Source of the DNA: Spongospora subterranea f. sp. subterranea
Lineage: Eukaryota
Assembly: GCA_049724395.1 (NCBI GenBank)
Contig: JAUGWO010000148.1
Span: 1 to 64,000 of the forward strand
Direction of reading: 5' to 3'
Length of the DNA: 64,000 bases
Below, piece by piece: positions 1-11,575 of the stretch. Each line of letters starts with the position of its first letter. Within the stretch, counting starts at the first letter, position 1. A program made the position numbers and the translations under genes. The notes under the pieces were generated by a model. The model did no database searches, was not told the DNA's origin, and saw only the letters and a program-made list of their open reading frames with translations.

Positions 1-1162
1 ATTGGACGTTCGCAAACAAAATGTTGCTTCTAGAACAGCAAGTACCATATACACATCGATGATTACAAGAGTCATTGTATGCGATGCCATTCATTTGACT
101 CTACCGTACATGTTGTATTCTCAGTTCCAAAGATTGTGTTGTGACTTTCGCCCGCCGTTTAGTATCGGGAATACAAGAATGGACTGTCGAAGAAGACTAC
201 CTGACGTTTTGCAAATGATGGAGATAAGACGCGAAACCCATACAGCCGTAAACGCGGGGTCTTATATGCAAAACCCAAACTCTGCAAAAAACTTTGTGAG
301 TTCATCTGCACGACATGTGATCAATGTCATGACGCAAAATGCCAAATTGATGGATGTATACAGTTTTGTTTAATTTTCAAGTGAGGGTAGAACTTCGTCT
401 GATGTCGCCCTTTGTTGAAGACGTGCCATTTCCTGGGGTCTACAACACACCATTACTCCGGTACAAAACAGTACTGTGCAACAATCACATACCGATCGCG
501 GCAATAAGGTTTGGCAGTGCCCATCCCATCAAAGCGGTAAATGAAAGCGTCAGTACTAACGAGAACACGTGCTTAGGCAAACAGAAAAAACACAGCACAT
601 AACGCTGACGATCATGGGATTCTTGAGAAGGGAGAATGGAGAGAAGGGGATAAAAACTTCGAAGAACTGCTGCTTGTGTTCAGGTGAAATATACAAGTGG
701 GATAGAAACTGCCAACGAGCCATTTAATTGATATCTGGCGCGAATGCGGCCTTTCGCGAGAATATCAACACAAATATAATGAAAAAATGCACGCTCAAAC
801 TGGCGACGTGAATTGAATTGCATTAAGATTACGGTTTTGAAAACATAATCCGGCGACTCCGCTGACAATAGATAAGACCCAGGTTTGAGATTGTTGCTGT
901 AAACAGTATCCGACAATCATTGACGAAGAATGCAATCAATTCAACAACTTGCACACCTACAATGAGAATGCCCCGTTTTTTCTTGGGGGATCACCGTATG
1001 TTCCCTATTGTTAAGGTGTATACGTGCGAAAGATGGGTTGGGAATTCCAGAATTTTTCCCTCAATGCTTGAAAGTATAGGTTCACATTGTGCAAAGGAAG
1101 CGAGAAGCAGTAGTCCAAGGAGGAAGATCATCGAACCAGGAGATGACAGTCCGCCAATACCT

Positions 1163-1829
1163 GTTCATTTACTGACACTGTACTGTATATACACCAGGGT
1201 GTCACACCTGACACTCCTGACATGATCACGTACTGTATATACACCAGGGACTCACCAGGGTGTCGCGATCATGTACTGTATATACACCAGGGACTCACCA
1301 GGGTGTCGCACCTGACTGACAAGTTCATGTACTGACAGTGTACTGTATATACACCAGGGTGTCACACCTGACACTCCTGACATGATCATGTACTGTATAT
1401 ACACCAGGGACTCACCAGGGTGTCGCACCTGACTGACAAGTTCATGTACTGACAGTGTACTGTATATAGTCACACCTGACACTCCTGACATGATCATGTA
1501 CTGTATATACACCAGGGACTCACCAGGGTGTCGCACCTGACTGACAAGTTCATGTACTGACAGTGTACTGTATATACACCAGGGTGTCACACCTGACACT
1601 CCTGACATGATCATGTACTGTATATACACCAGGGACTCACCAGGGTGTCGCACCTGACTGACAAGTTCATGTACTGACAGTGTACTGTATATATATACAC
1701 CAGGGTGTCACACCTGACATGATCATGTACTGTATATACACCAGGGACTCACCAGGGTGTCGCACCTGACTGACAAGTTCATTTACTGACAGTGTACTGT
1801 ATATACACCAGGGTGTCACACCTGACATG
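1163..1829. repeat. Tandem minisatellite, 117-bp unit (~5.5 copies) built from two related subunits that both start tactgtatatacaccaggg
   Basis: One unit read directly at 1341-1457. The minus-strand ORF shows the matching 39-aa periodicity. Some copies have internal deletions. Confidence 0.95.
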
Positions 1830-2508
1830 GCCAAACTCTTGTCAGAATGGAAATCCGCAAGGGTTGCGCTATAGGTTATACAAATCTGTTGGATTTCCTT
1901 TGTCGCTGTAGAATCGGTCCATATTCCGAGGGTTCTATTGAAAAGCCCTTAGTGTCAGACCGGAGTAAAACCTCTCAAAGCTCATTGAGCTGTGATAGAC
2001 GTTTTCGTGGATCCTATACAGAAGTTTTATGATTTGCGTTTGACATCTTAGGTGCCTCCGGGTAGGTCTGCCAAACTTTTCAGCAGTTGAAGATCTATCC
2101 TGGCCGCGGTTACTACAAATTCTAGTCTCCGTCCTTGTTGGTCTTGAACCTTTTCCCAAGCAGAGTTTTGATGCCACGCTTAAAATATTCAGTCATGGAC
2201 GGCTACAATGGGGCTTGGCCGTGTCAACAAAATCCCGCCGAATTAGTTTTCTATTCGCGTTTATTGAATATAATCGTACCGGTTTAAACTGGAATTGCGA
2301 GACGGTAATTCCCGTCTTCATTTCACTAGAAAGACCCCTCAAATCTGTAGCGTTTTCGGCACCGACTTATTGCAACGTTGACTGTACTGTAGGTACGGTA
2401 ATCCCATAGTGGGGTAACGGAAAATGAGATGGATGATGCGTTGCACGGCATGGAAGATATGTTACATTAATTATGATAGATTGATGTATTGATGAGGTAT
2501 TTCAAATT

Positions 2509-5500
2509 CTACATTGATAGTGGTTGCATTAAGTCAAAAGATCCTGTCCCTGATCGGACGACCTGACCAAGAATGATACGGGCGCTGGGAGACAGCTGCG
2601 AATCCTCTTCGCCGAACAAGATCGCATCCGTTAAGAACTTCGTTGATGTTTCGTAGGTCATCTTGAGCCATGGCGAGCCGTTGTCATCAATTCCTGTTCT
2701 GTTCAACGCCTTGAATCCACCATTCCACGTCATATAATCAGCTAGAAGATATAGATGCCTGTAATCAACCTATTTCCAAATCCAGTAATCAGGTACACAT
2801 CAAGAGAGCTACCTGATCAACGTACCGAAATCCCATAAACAGCAAAGACAGAGGTGATTTCTTTGACAATAGCTGCTCTTGCACATTCAACGCCGTATGT
2901 TTGAAGGATGGCAGCAATATCATTAGTTTTGATTTGATTAACGTCAACCAAATGAGCATAAGCCCAAATAGCATGGAAATTGACGCCATCTGTTTGAACG
3001 ATGTTGATATCTTCTTTTTGACCAGGCACAGACCGTGTGGTGACATAGCATTTGGTGATGGATGGAGTGGATCTGACAAGAACAAGAGACTGGACTCGAT
3101 CAACAAGTGACATAATCAGTAAACGTTTTGAAGATAATGGCATCTGTAATGTCAGTTCGACAAATGAACCTGATTTGCTGAACACCAGCTTGTTTACGAA
3201 ACTCGACGCTCCAGCCGAGTCGGATTCAAAAACATCTTCTTCCTCTGATTTAGGAGCTGCCGTGCTTTGCAAGCCATCCTCAATGCCATCCCGATCAAAT
3301 TCATTGTCAGACTCTGACGACTCATCATCCTCTTGCAAAATCGGCGTCACTTTCTTTACCGTCGTCAACATCGCTTTCCGATTCACTTTGACCATCATTT
3401 TCGTCATCATCATTGTTCGGTTTAGAGTGGTTTTCATAATCATCATCTGAGCCATCCGAATCCGATTGCCGACGCTTTTCCGATGCAACAGCTCGGACGG
3501 AGATCTTCAAACCGGAAACCCTTGAAACAGCGTTGACGAGTTTGGGGACGAATTGCTGCTCAATGGCGGTGCGTAGATCATTTAATGACAATTTAAAATC
3601 GGAAAGAGGAAGGAAATCAAGCCGGATCGAATATAACCGTTGCTTGGAGCCATCAGAACTGAGGCCAATGCATTCACGACATCTGAAACGAAGGATCAGG
3701 GATTGGGCACAAAGGTGAATATGGATGAACGTACGACGCCTCTTTGATTAACTCCTGCAGTTTGACCATACGAAGGCGGTGAGCTAGCTGTTCAGCGTGG
3801 GCGACAGAATCCTTCGATTTGGCGAGCGTTAACTCCATCAGGGGTGTTTTGATATGAGCTGATGCTGTCATGATAATCTCGACCAGTCGGGGAATGCCCA
3901 GAGTCACGTTGGCGCCACCAAACCCAGCAAGATGGAACGTGTTCAATGTCATCTGTGTAGATGGTTCACCAAGAGATTGCGCTGTTAGCACACCAACATT
4001 CTCTCCAGGATCAGCCAAACAAATAATATACTTCATCCACATTATGAGCTCAAACTTCTCCCTGGTTAGCCCAGTTTTAGCAAACACATCGTCGTTGGCA
4101 GGGTTGTTACAGAACGCGGCGACAGCATCGTGGAAAGAATCTGATACACAGCCGAGTGATGAACCAGGATTACATACAGACAAGATAGGGGGCAATGTTG
4201 TGTCGTTCAGAGCACGAGCCCAATGTTGCAATGCTAGTTCGGGATCTAAGGCGTTCAAGGCAGCACGGGGATTCAACCGCTGAAGTACCGCTTTGTAGTT
4301 CTGAGCTAACAGGTTGCGATCGCTAAGTATGAGGCTTTTTGTGACATCAATGCCGTCTTCACCATAATTGAACATTACTGCACACTAAAACGTTATGATC
4401 GTCGACATCGCAATAAAAGAGTGAGCACGTACCAACATCCCCTCGCTCATTGCGAACCGTATAGTCATAGCCAACCGATAATGATTCCAGGTGTTTGACC
4501 AAACAGCGCTGGAGATAACCACTTCGACTTGTCTTGACCGCTGTATCAACTAGACCTTCTCGACCGGCCATACAATGGAAAAAATATTCGGCAGGGCGAA
4601 TACCGGTAAGAAACCTAATCTGCTATTCAAAAAATAATCACGACACAGGAACAGGGTCCCACTACCTGTTGCTGATGAAACCACCTGCGCGAGGCTGGAC
4701 ATCGTAAGGGGCGAAACACGGTAGCGTACGACCTGATGCCATTCGAGGGACACGAGCACCTTCTAATTCCTGTTGCCCTAACAAACAGGAAATTTGGCTG
4801 AAGTTGACCTTGGAACCTTTAGCACCTATAGGCGACGAAACAAGCATCAGCGAGGATTTCAACGCGAAACACACTAATATTACCAGATATAGTCATCATT
4901 GAGAAGTTGTTAGCAGGGAATGGCTTATATTGGCCAACTGGTAAACATTCCGAGATAACCGCAGATGTTACCGAATTCATGGCCGATTTAATTAAGCCAT
5001 CAAGAGCAGCAGTGCCAGAAGCGCCTAAAAGAAGCAAGCGCGTTTAAATGGGTGACCAAAAAAAAATTGTGATCAATACCGGTCTGCCTTAAGCGTTCAC
5101 CACAGGACGAAGCAACATCATTTGCATTAGACACGGCAGGATCGCGCTGAGCGAAAGTAGCGGCCGCGTGAAGTGCTTTTTGATCTGCATTTTTAACAGA
5201 TACAGATCGAGCTGCTTCGGAGCTGGATACCAACAGCAGATCATCAATACCACAGGAAAATCCTCTTCGTGTTTGAAGAAAGTATGTGAACAGACGGCCC
5301 AGAGCAGTTAAGAGATCAGCAGCATAACTAGCTCCATACAACTCGAATACGCAATGAACCAGACCAAACTTCTTGGCCCCAAACTGAACGAGAGAAAAGA
5401 TCTCAGCCACAAACTACGGAGCAGGCGATGATGGACGAGCGAAGGACCTGAGATTTATCGAGAACACCACAGAGAAGGTCATTCTGTCTAATGACAACGT

Positions 5501-8110
5501 GAGATTCTTCGCATAATTTCGATCCCCATGATTCAGCTGGAATCTGCGCTCGTGAGTTGATGTTGAGAGGGGCGAGATGTTGCCCGATGACGGAAAGGAG
5601 GGAGGAGATGACCTGCTTGCCGGTCCATAGCGCCTTGGGGGCAAAGATTGCCGGAGGAGGGCAAGGCAATCGGACATGGACGGGGATATCAATACAGGCG
5701 CTGTACAATAACTGCATGAACTCATCCCGGGTTAAAAATGTATCCCGTTGGGTGATCGCAACACCAGCGACGACATGATCCTGAATCAGACCTCGCAACG
5801 GCGTACCATCCTTAGCGGTCAGGTACTGCATCTCAGTGCAGGCAATCGTGTATCCTTCGGCTCTGGCTAGCTCAGATTGAGGGAAATGGACGTTGATTTC
5901 ATCACCATCGAAATCGGCGTTGTACGTGTTGCAATTGGCATAATGCATACGGATGGTCTGTTGATTGGAAAGCAATCGGACACGATGAGCCATCATGGAC
6001 GATTTGTGAAGAGTTGGTTGCCGATTAACAAGGACAACGTCCCCTATAGACTGCAATGAGACCAGAACATGATGGAACGCCAAAAAGCAGGCAAACCTTT
6101 GACTAGATGACGTCCTACCACCTTCTGTTTGGTCTGGGTGCCGATCACGATCGTATTGCCTTTGGCACTCTCACTGGAGTAATTGTCGCCGGCTAACAAA
6201 GTCTTTGACAATGCCACACGTTGAGCGTAGGATCGACGCTGCAGACTTATCATGCGACCGTCGGCATCACTGATGAAATTGGCCCCTGAATGGTGATGTG
6301 TCAGAATACGGCGTTCAGGCTCTGGCAAGAACTCAATTTTAGATTACCAGGATGGACTTCGGGCCCGTTTATCACCATCTCCCTGAGCATTTCACAGTTA
6401 TGAGCCGTAACTGGCTCAGGATACGTCAATTGCACAGCAAATTGCTCTGGAATACCAATCTCCCCAACATGAAGATTTGGATCTGATCGCGGTCAGCGTT
6501 GTAAAGAAAAACGGTGAATTAATATTCTCACCAGGGGATATAACGGATCTGCAGCTATAATTGACACGTTTTCCCATCATATTCTGTCGGAAAAGACCAC
6601 TTTTTTTCTCAATTCTTTGGCGAATTCCTGGAGTTGCCTAAATATTGAGAAAGATTAGATGGTAATGACCATCGCGACGATTGAAAACCAACATTGCTGG
6701 TGCCAATCGTTTTCTGCCCTTTGGTGCTATCCATTAGCATATTACTCTGAGTCTGTATCTCAACCCAGGCGGTGTACAGATCAGAAACCGTTGACGTCTG
6801 TATGGGCAAAATTATCAGAACAATATGGGATCGCCAAGCTAACAAACAATCTAACATGTTTGACAGTTGTATCAGTGTTGGAAAGTGCAGCGCTAATGCT
6901 CATGAACCGGTTGACGGCTCCAACAATATTACGGAAATACATGTTCTCAGGGTTTTCGAGCGTAGTGTCACCCATGACAATCGGGGGCCGATATCTACCA
7001 ACAATTAGGAAGATTCCCAACAAACTATTGAAAACGAAGAAACACCTACTTGGACGGAGGAACTAATAAATGCATGAGGAAGAAAGAGTTTTGATTGAGG
7101 TATGGAAACAGTAGCTCAATTATAGATCCGGCCTCTTGGTATAATAGTACGATCCGGCGCTGGGCTTCATTGGGTAGTAATAATCTGGTAACTTGATCAT
7201 TTACCGATGGAGATTCGTCTTCGTCATCAAGAACTCCTGAAAATAAGGATCGCGTCAACAATACATAAGAGGACGGGATAAGAAGCGAGAGTCAACCTTT
7301 CAGGCGAGGATCGAGACCTTCTCTAGCACTCGCTGCCAATACTCTTGAACCCATCGGGGCGATATATATCTTACAAGCGCTTTCAGCCCTCAATTTGGGT
7401 GAGTATTTCCGACACTACATCATATATTAGACCGATTTTGATGAACAGATCGTATCGAAATTACCCTGAAACATTTAAGGGGATCGGTCCATCTGAGGAA
7501 CTGTCGAACAGAATCCCTTCTTGCCGAATAGCAATGGCGGCGCCCCATTGCCGCCTGGTATCCAGGGGTCCTTGAGCAGATTTCCTCAACTCGTGACATG
7601 ACCGCTTCCCAATTATCGTCATCATCGTCATCGTCATCCTCCCCATCCTCCTCCTCCTTATCATCATCTTCGCTATCGTCACGAGCGGTCTGCGCCGCTT
7701 TCGCAGCCGACGACAGATCTATCTTATTGGCGGCGTAACAGATTACCTCTGTCGATCAGGGCAATTTTTATATGGATCGCGGCCATGGACGAGGCCTTGA
7801 ACCGCAAACGATGACAATGGGCACATTGCGATTTGAGCAAGTTGAATAATAGGGGGAATATCGCCGGCTGATATATTGGGGCCGGGAGGGCGATATGGCC
7901 AGGGTGACCAGGGCAGGTCTGGTATGGCTGGGAGCAGGTCTGGCAGGATTGGAGCCGGTCGATCGGGCCCATCGCGGGATCGTATAACCCAGATGGAACC
8001 GGCTGCTTCAGCGCATCAAGGCCATCCCCTAGTCGGATCTCGGCCACCGACAGGGACAGTACGTCCTCTGACGATAGCAGGGAGAACTCGACCGAGCGAA
8101 CGGAGGGCAT
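2509..8110 (-). CDS. RPA1: RNA polymerase I largest subunit (A190), multi-exon
   Basis: N-terminal Zn motif CQTC...[15 protein letters not shown], catalytic [44 protein letters not shown], a Pol I-type acidic insertion and C-terminal SPSARI..G..V..GTG. One frame break near 7720-7746. Confidence 0.95.
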
Positions 8111-8244
8111 GGTCTGGTCTTGGGGTGGATATGGTTGAAGGAGGGGTCAAGGCAGGCCACAATCGCTCCCCCGCTCCGCTCCAAAACCTCTCCACCAGAT
8201 ATCTATTATCCCCTCCCAGAACAATCGGAATTATCAGTGATAAT

Positions 8245-8269
8245 GTCACGGAGTCCGTGACGGAATCCG
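8245..8269. promoter_or_regulatory. Palindromic element GTCACGGA-G-TCCGTGAC plus a second CGGAATCCG in the RPA1/RPAC1 bidirectional promoter
   Basis: Perfect 8-bp arms with a 1-nt spacer inside a 233-bp divergent intergenic region. Related motifs lie upstream of DHX37, RPL30 and LYAR. Confidence 0.6.
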
Positions 8270-8343
8270 CAACGGTCCCCCTCTCTAACTATAATCTACA
8301 GCCAGTCAACCTCTCACCCGATATTGCCCGAACAGGTTTGGCG

Positions 8344-9483
8344 ATGCAGGAATCCCTGGCCGAGATTCGTAGCCGGGTATTTATCGAGCCCGGTATTCCC
8401 ACTCATACATCAGGATTCAGTGACGCGTTAGCGTTTAGATCGATTGGAATAGGTAAATGGGGATTGATATTTCGGGGGTCGCAATCGGGGAATGAATATG
8501 TTTGTTCATTAACATCATCGCTATTATAGATAACACGTTATCGATATTCGGTGGACAATGCACCGTCAGACACATCGACGATAGCGAGATCGTCTTCGAT
8601 CTATCCGGTATCGATGCGTCAATAGCCAACGCACTGAGGCGGATAATGATCGCCGAAGTGCCCACGATCGCCATCGAGAATGTCAATATCTACCAGAACA
8701 CGTCGATAATGCAGGATGAGGTCCTAGCCCATCGTGTCGGTCTAATTCCTATATTGGCCGACCCTCGCCTGTTCGATTATGTTGGTGATGGTCCATCGAC
8801 CCATCGAAACACGCTCGTCTTCCGTCTATCGATATCGTGCCAAGAAGCGAAGGGTTCGACCCCCGATTCCCCCAACTACATCAACTCGAAGGTCTACTCC
8901 AGCGCCATCGAATGGGTTCCCCAAGGCGACGAACAGATCGCCATGTTCGCCTCGTGCCCACCACGTTGCGTTGACCCCGATATCCTCATCTGCGAGCTGC
9001 GACCTGGCCAGGTTATCGAGCTGGAGCTATTCGCCGAGAAAGGGACTGGGCAGACCCATGCGAAATGGTCTCCCGTTTGCACAGCGGCCTATAAATTAAT
9101 GCCAGAGGTGATCCTGGATGAGGACGTGTTCCTAACCGGCAATCAGGCTCAAGAGCTGGTCAAGAAATGCCCAATGAACGTGTTCGATATCGAAGACGAT
9201 AGGGTGGTCGTTGCCCGTCCAATGGATTGCACAATGTGTCGAGAATGCATTCGTGATACAGATTACCCTATCAAGCTGAGGCGTTTACGAGATCATTTCA
9301 TCTGTAAGCGATGTCTCATTTATGTGTTATTGTGTTGTATGGAATCGCTGATTTCCCCCTGTTTTAGTCACTGTTGAGTCGACTGGTATTTATAGGCCGG
9401 AAGAGATCCTGATTGAGGCCATTACCGTATTGGCCAACAAATGCCATACATTGTTAGATTGTCTAGATCGTATCTCGCGCTGA
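8344..9483 (+). CDS. RPAC1: RNA polymerase I/III shared subunit AC40 (RPC40), 3 exons
   Basis: IDASIANALRRIMIAEVPT, NTSIMQDEVLAHRVGLIP, LRPGQ, HAKWSPV. Last exon encodes FTVESTG and ends TGA 9483. Confidence 0.95.
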
Positions 9484-10539
9484 ATAAAACCGTCATATCC
9501 TATCTTATGATTACTCACTTCACCAATCATTTTGGCGTGTTGACGTGTTCACAACCATGGAACTGTGGCTTCCTTGAATCATTCGCTTATAAGGGCACAC
9601 TTACCGGCAGAATTGAATGTTTTTCAGGTCCAAATGCTGTGTTGCCATTATCATATCATTAATAGTCGCAAGTTTTGTGCCCTCATCGTCTGGTCCTCTG
9701 GCTCTGTTTTACTCTTAGCTAATCAGCATAATGTTGGTGTCCGATCCCGGTAAAATAGTGCCCTTGTAATGAGGTTAGCCTGATTAACCCTCCCAAATCT
9801 AAACCATAATTCTGATGCTATAAGATTGGCATGATTCGGTTGCCCGTTCGATTAAATGATGCCGTAATGATGCGTCCAAAGCGGTTTGACATAACGATGA
9901 TGATCGCTAAAGGTTTACAGCGGCTGATATTATGCTCAAAGATCATAACCTGATAGGTTGGGTGCTCTGATATTGGGCCCGGGCGCCATGAACGTCTCGG
10001 GCATCGGTTGTATCTCGGAATTACCACCAAGTCGGACGTCCTCTGATCATCTTTTATCAATTACGTGTGCCTTGCGGTAATTGAGAATGCCGAGACAGAA
10101 CGCGCAAAGGATTCTGTTGATTACGTCCACCATATGATTGCACAAAATGTGCTTCAACTACTTGAAAGGTGACATGCTAAGAACTTGTCTTCAACCTATC
10201 AAAGAAACGGATATGAAACAGTTAAAGCCTAAACTAAACAGAATAATGACTTATTGATAGCTATATAAACCACTCTGGATATGTCACCCTGGCATAAGCG
10301 ATTCACGCCTTTGACAACCAATGTGGACAAGATTCCCAGAAATATTGGCCTCTTTCCGAGTGGATCGACTAATCAACGACCTCGGATGAGGTGAATGGAG
10401 AGAATCGTTGCTTATTCGCGTTGAAGGAAAGCTGAGACCCTGGACGCTGTAAAACACTGATGACCAAAATTATCGGTTGATCCTTGGAGCGGAACGAGTA
10501 AACCCTTCTGTGGACAAACGTTCCTTCTTGGCGCCTGTT

Positions 10540-10915
10540 AATTTGGCGTTTCTGAGAAAGGTCTTCAAATAGGCAGGGGATATCCTTTTCCAGGGACAAA
10601 CTGTCCTCCCAACAAGTTGTCAAGTTGACAAGATCGGCGCCATTTGACCAGTAATCGCCAGGGCGGGCGTACTTGCTTCTGCGTCGATGAGATATTCTCG
10701 ACTCCAAGTATTCGGCACCACCGTGTTCTAGTAACTCTGTCGTTACCCTGAGATTTGAGTCGGAGTAGAAACGTGATCTCTGACCTTGGACCTCACTGGT
10801 CGTCAAACGAGATCAGATCTCTGATATGAAAAACAATGGTGATCGACACTCGACGATTCTGGCCAGGCCTTTCAACAGATTCATGAGCTTCTCTTTTTTC
10901 TGGTAGGGCCTAGAA
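10540..10915 (-). mobile_element. Decayed Ty3/gypsy (chromovirus-like) integrase C-terminus and chromodomain fragment
   Basis: Frameshifted translation KLMNLLKGLARIVECRS...SEVQGQRSRFYSDSNLRVTTELLEH...EYL..RI.HR...TCWEDSLSLEKDIP resembles the GPY/F region, the H.SRL.FY motif and a chromodomain. No intact ORF or LTRs identified. Confidence 0.6.
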
Positions 10916-11575
10916 AAGAGAGCAAAATCACCTGACGGGTGTGAGGATTCGCCCTTTTTTGGCGCTCTGACGTGAATCGACAGCATCAGAATGCATATTT
11001 TTCAAAAAAAGAGTGTGTGCTGGATACAAACGTAGCTGTCTAATTGTTCTTGAGAATGTCAGATGAATCCGTCTGTAATGAAATCGATTATCTAAAAGCA
11101 GCATTGCAGAATCTGAGAAAATGGGTGCCTGGACCCATGGCACTACCGAAACGGGGACACCCTGCTACGAAATCAATGGCCCCCACTGATACCGCTCATT
11201 CGATATGCATTGGACAACGCTGTCTCTCCAGTTTCGAGATACGCCCCAAATACCTTTACACACGGGTTCACTTCCTAGTTCCCCTCTGAAACGACACTTC
11301 GGCAACCTCCTGAAACTCGTTGAATGAAAATTCCGAAATTCCATCTACAAGTTGAATGAACTCATCCGCAAAACAAACAGTTGACCATTGTCATCAACGC
11401 CAGGGGTTGTGTAGAGAGCGGTAGAAACTGTGTCGCGGGATAATGAGGGACTGTACACCAGGAATATGCGCCACTGTCGCAGTAACAGGCGCAAAAATGT
11501 TGCGGGCGAGTTGAGCGGAGAGGAGGCCGCAAGCCAGGCAGACAGTCAGACATCACCTGCAGTGATATCATCAAA

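Noticed and set aside
1252..1653. 133-aa repetitive ORF, and the similar ORFs at 26329-27145 and 44358-44745
   Set aside because: These are by-products of tandem repeats with unit lengths divisible by three, with no protein motif.
9870..10050. Possible C/D snoRNA cluster (ATGATGA and several CTGA; gaattaccac complementary to an 18S segment)
   Set aside because: The complementary stretch is not next to a D box and no terminal stem is evident; the boxes are short enough to occur by chance.
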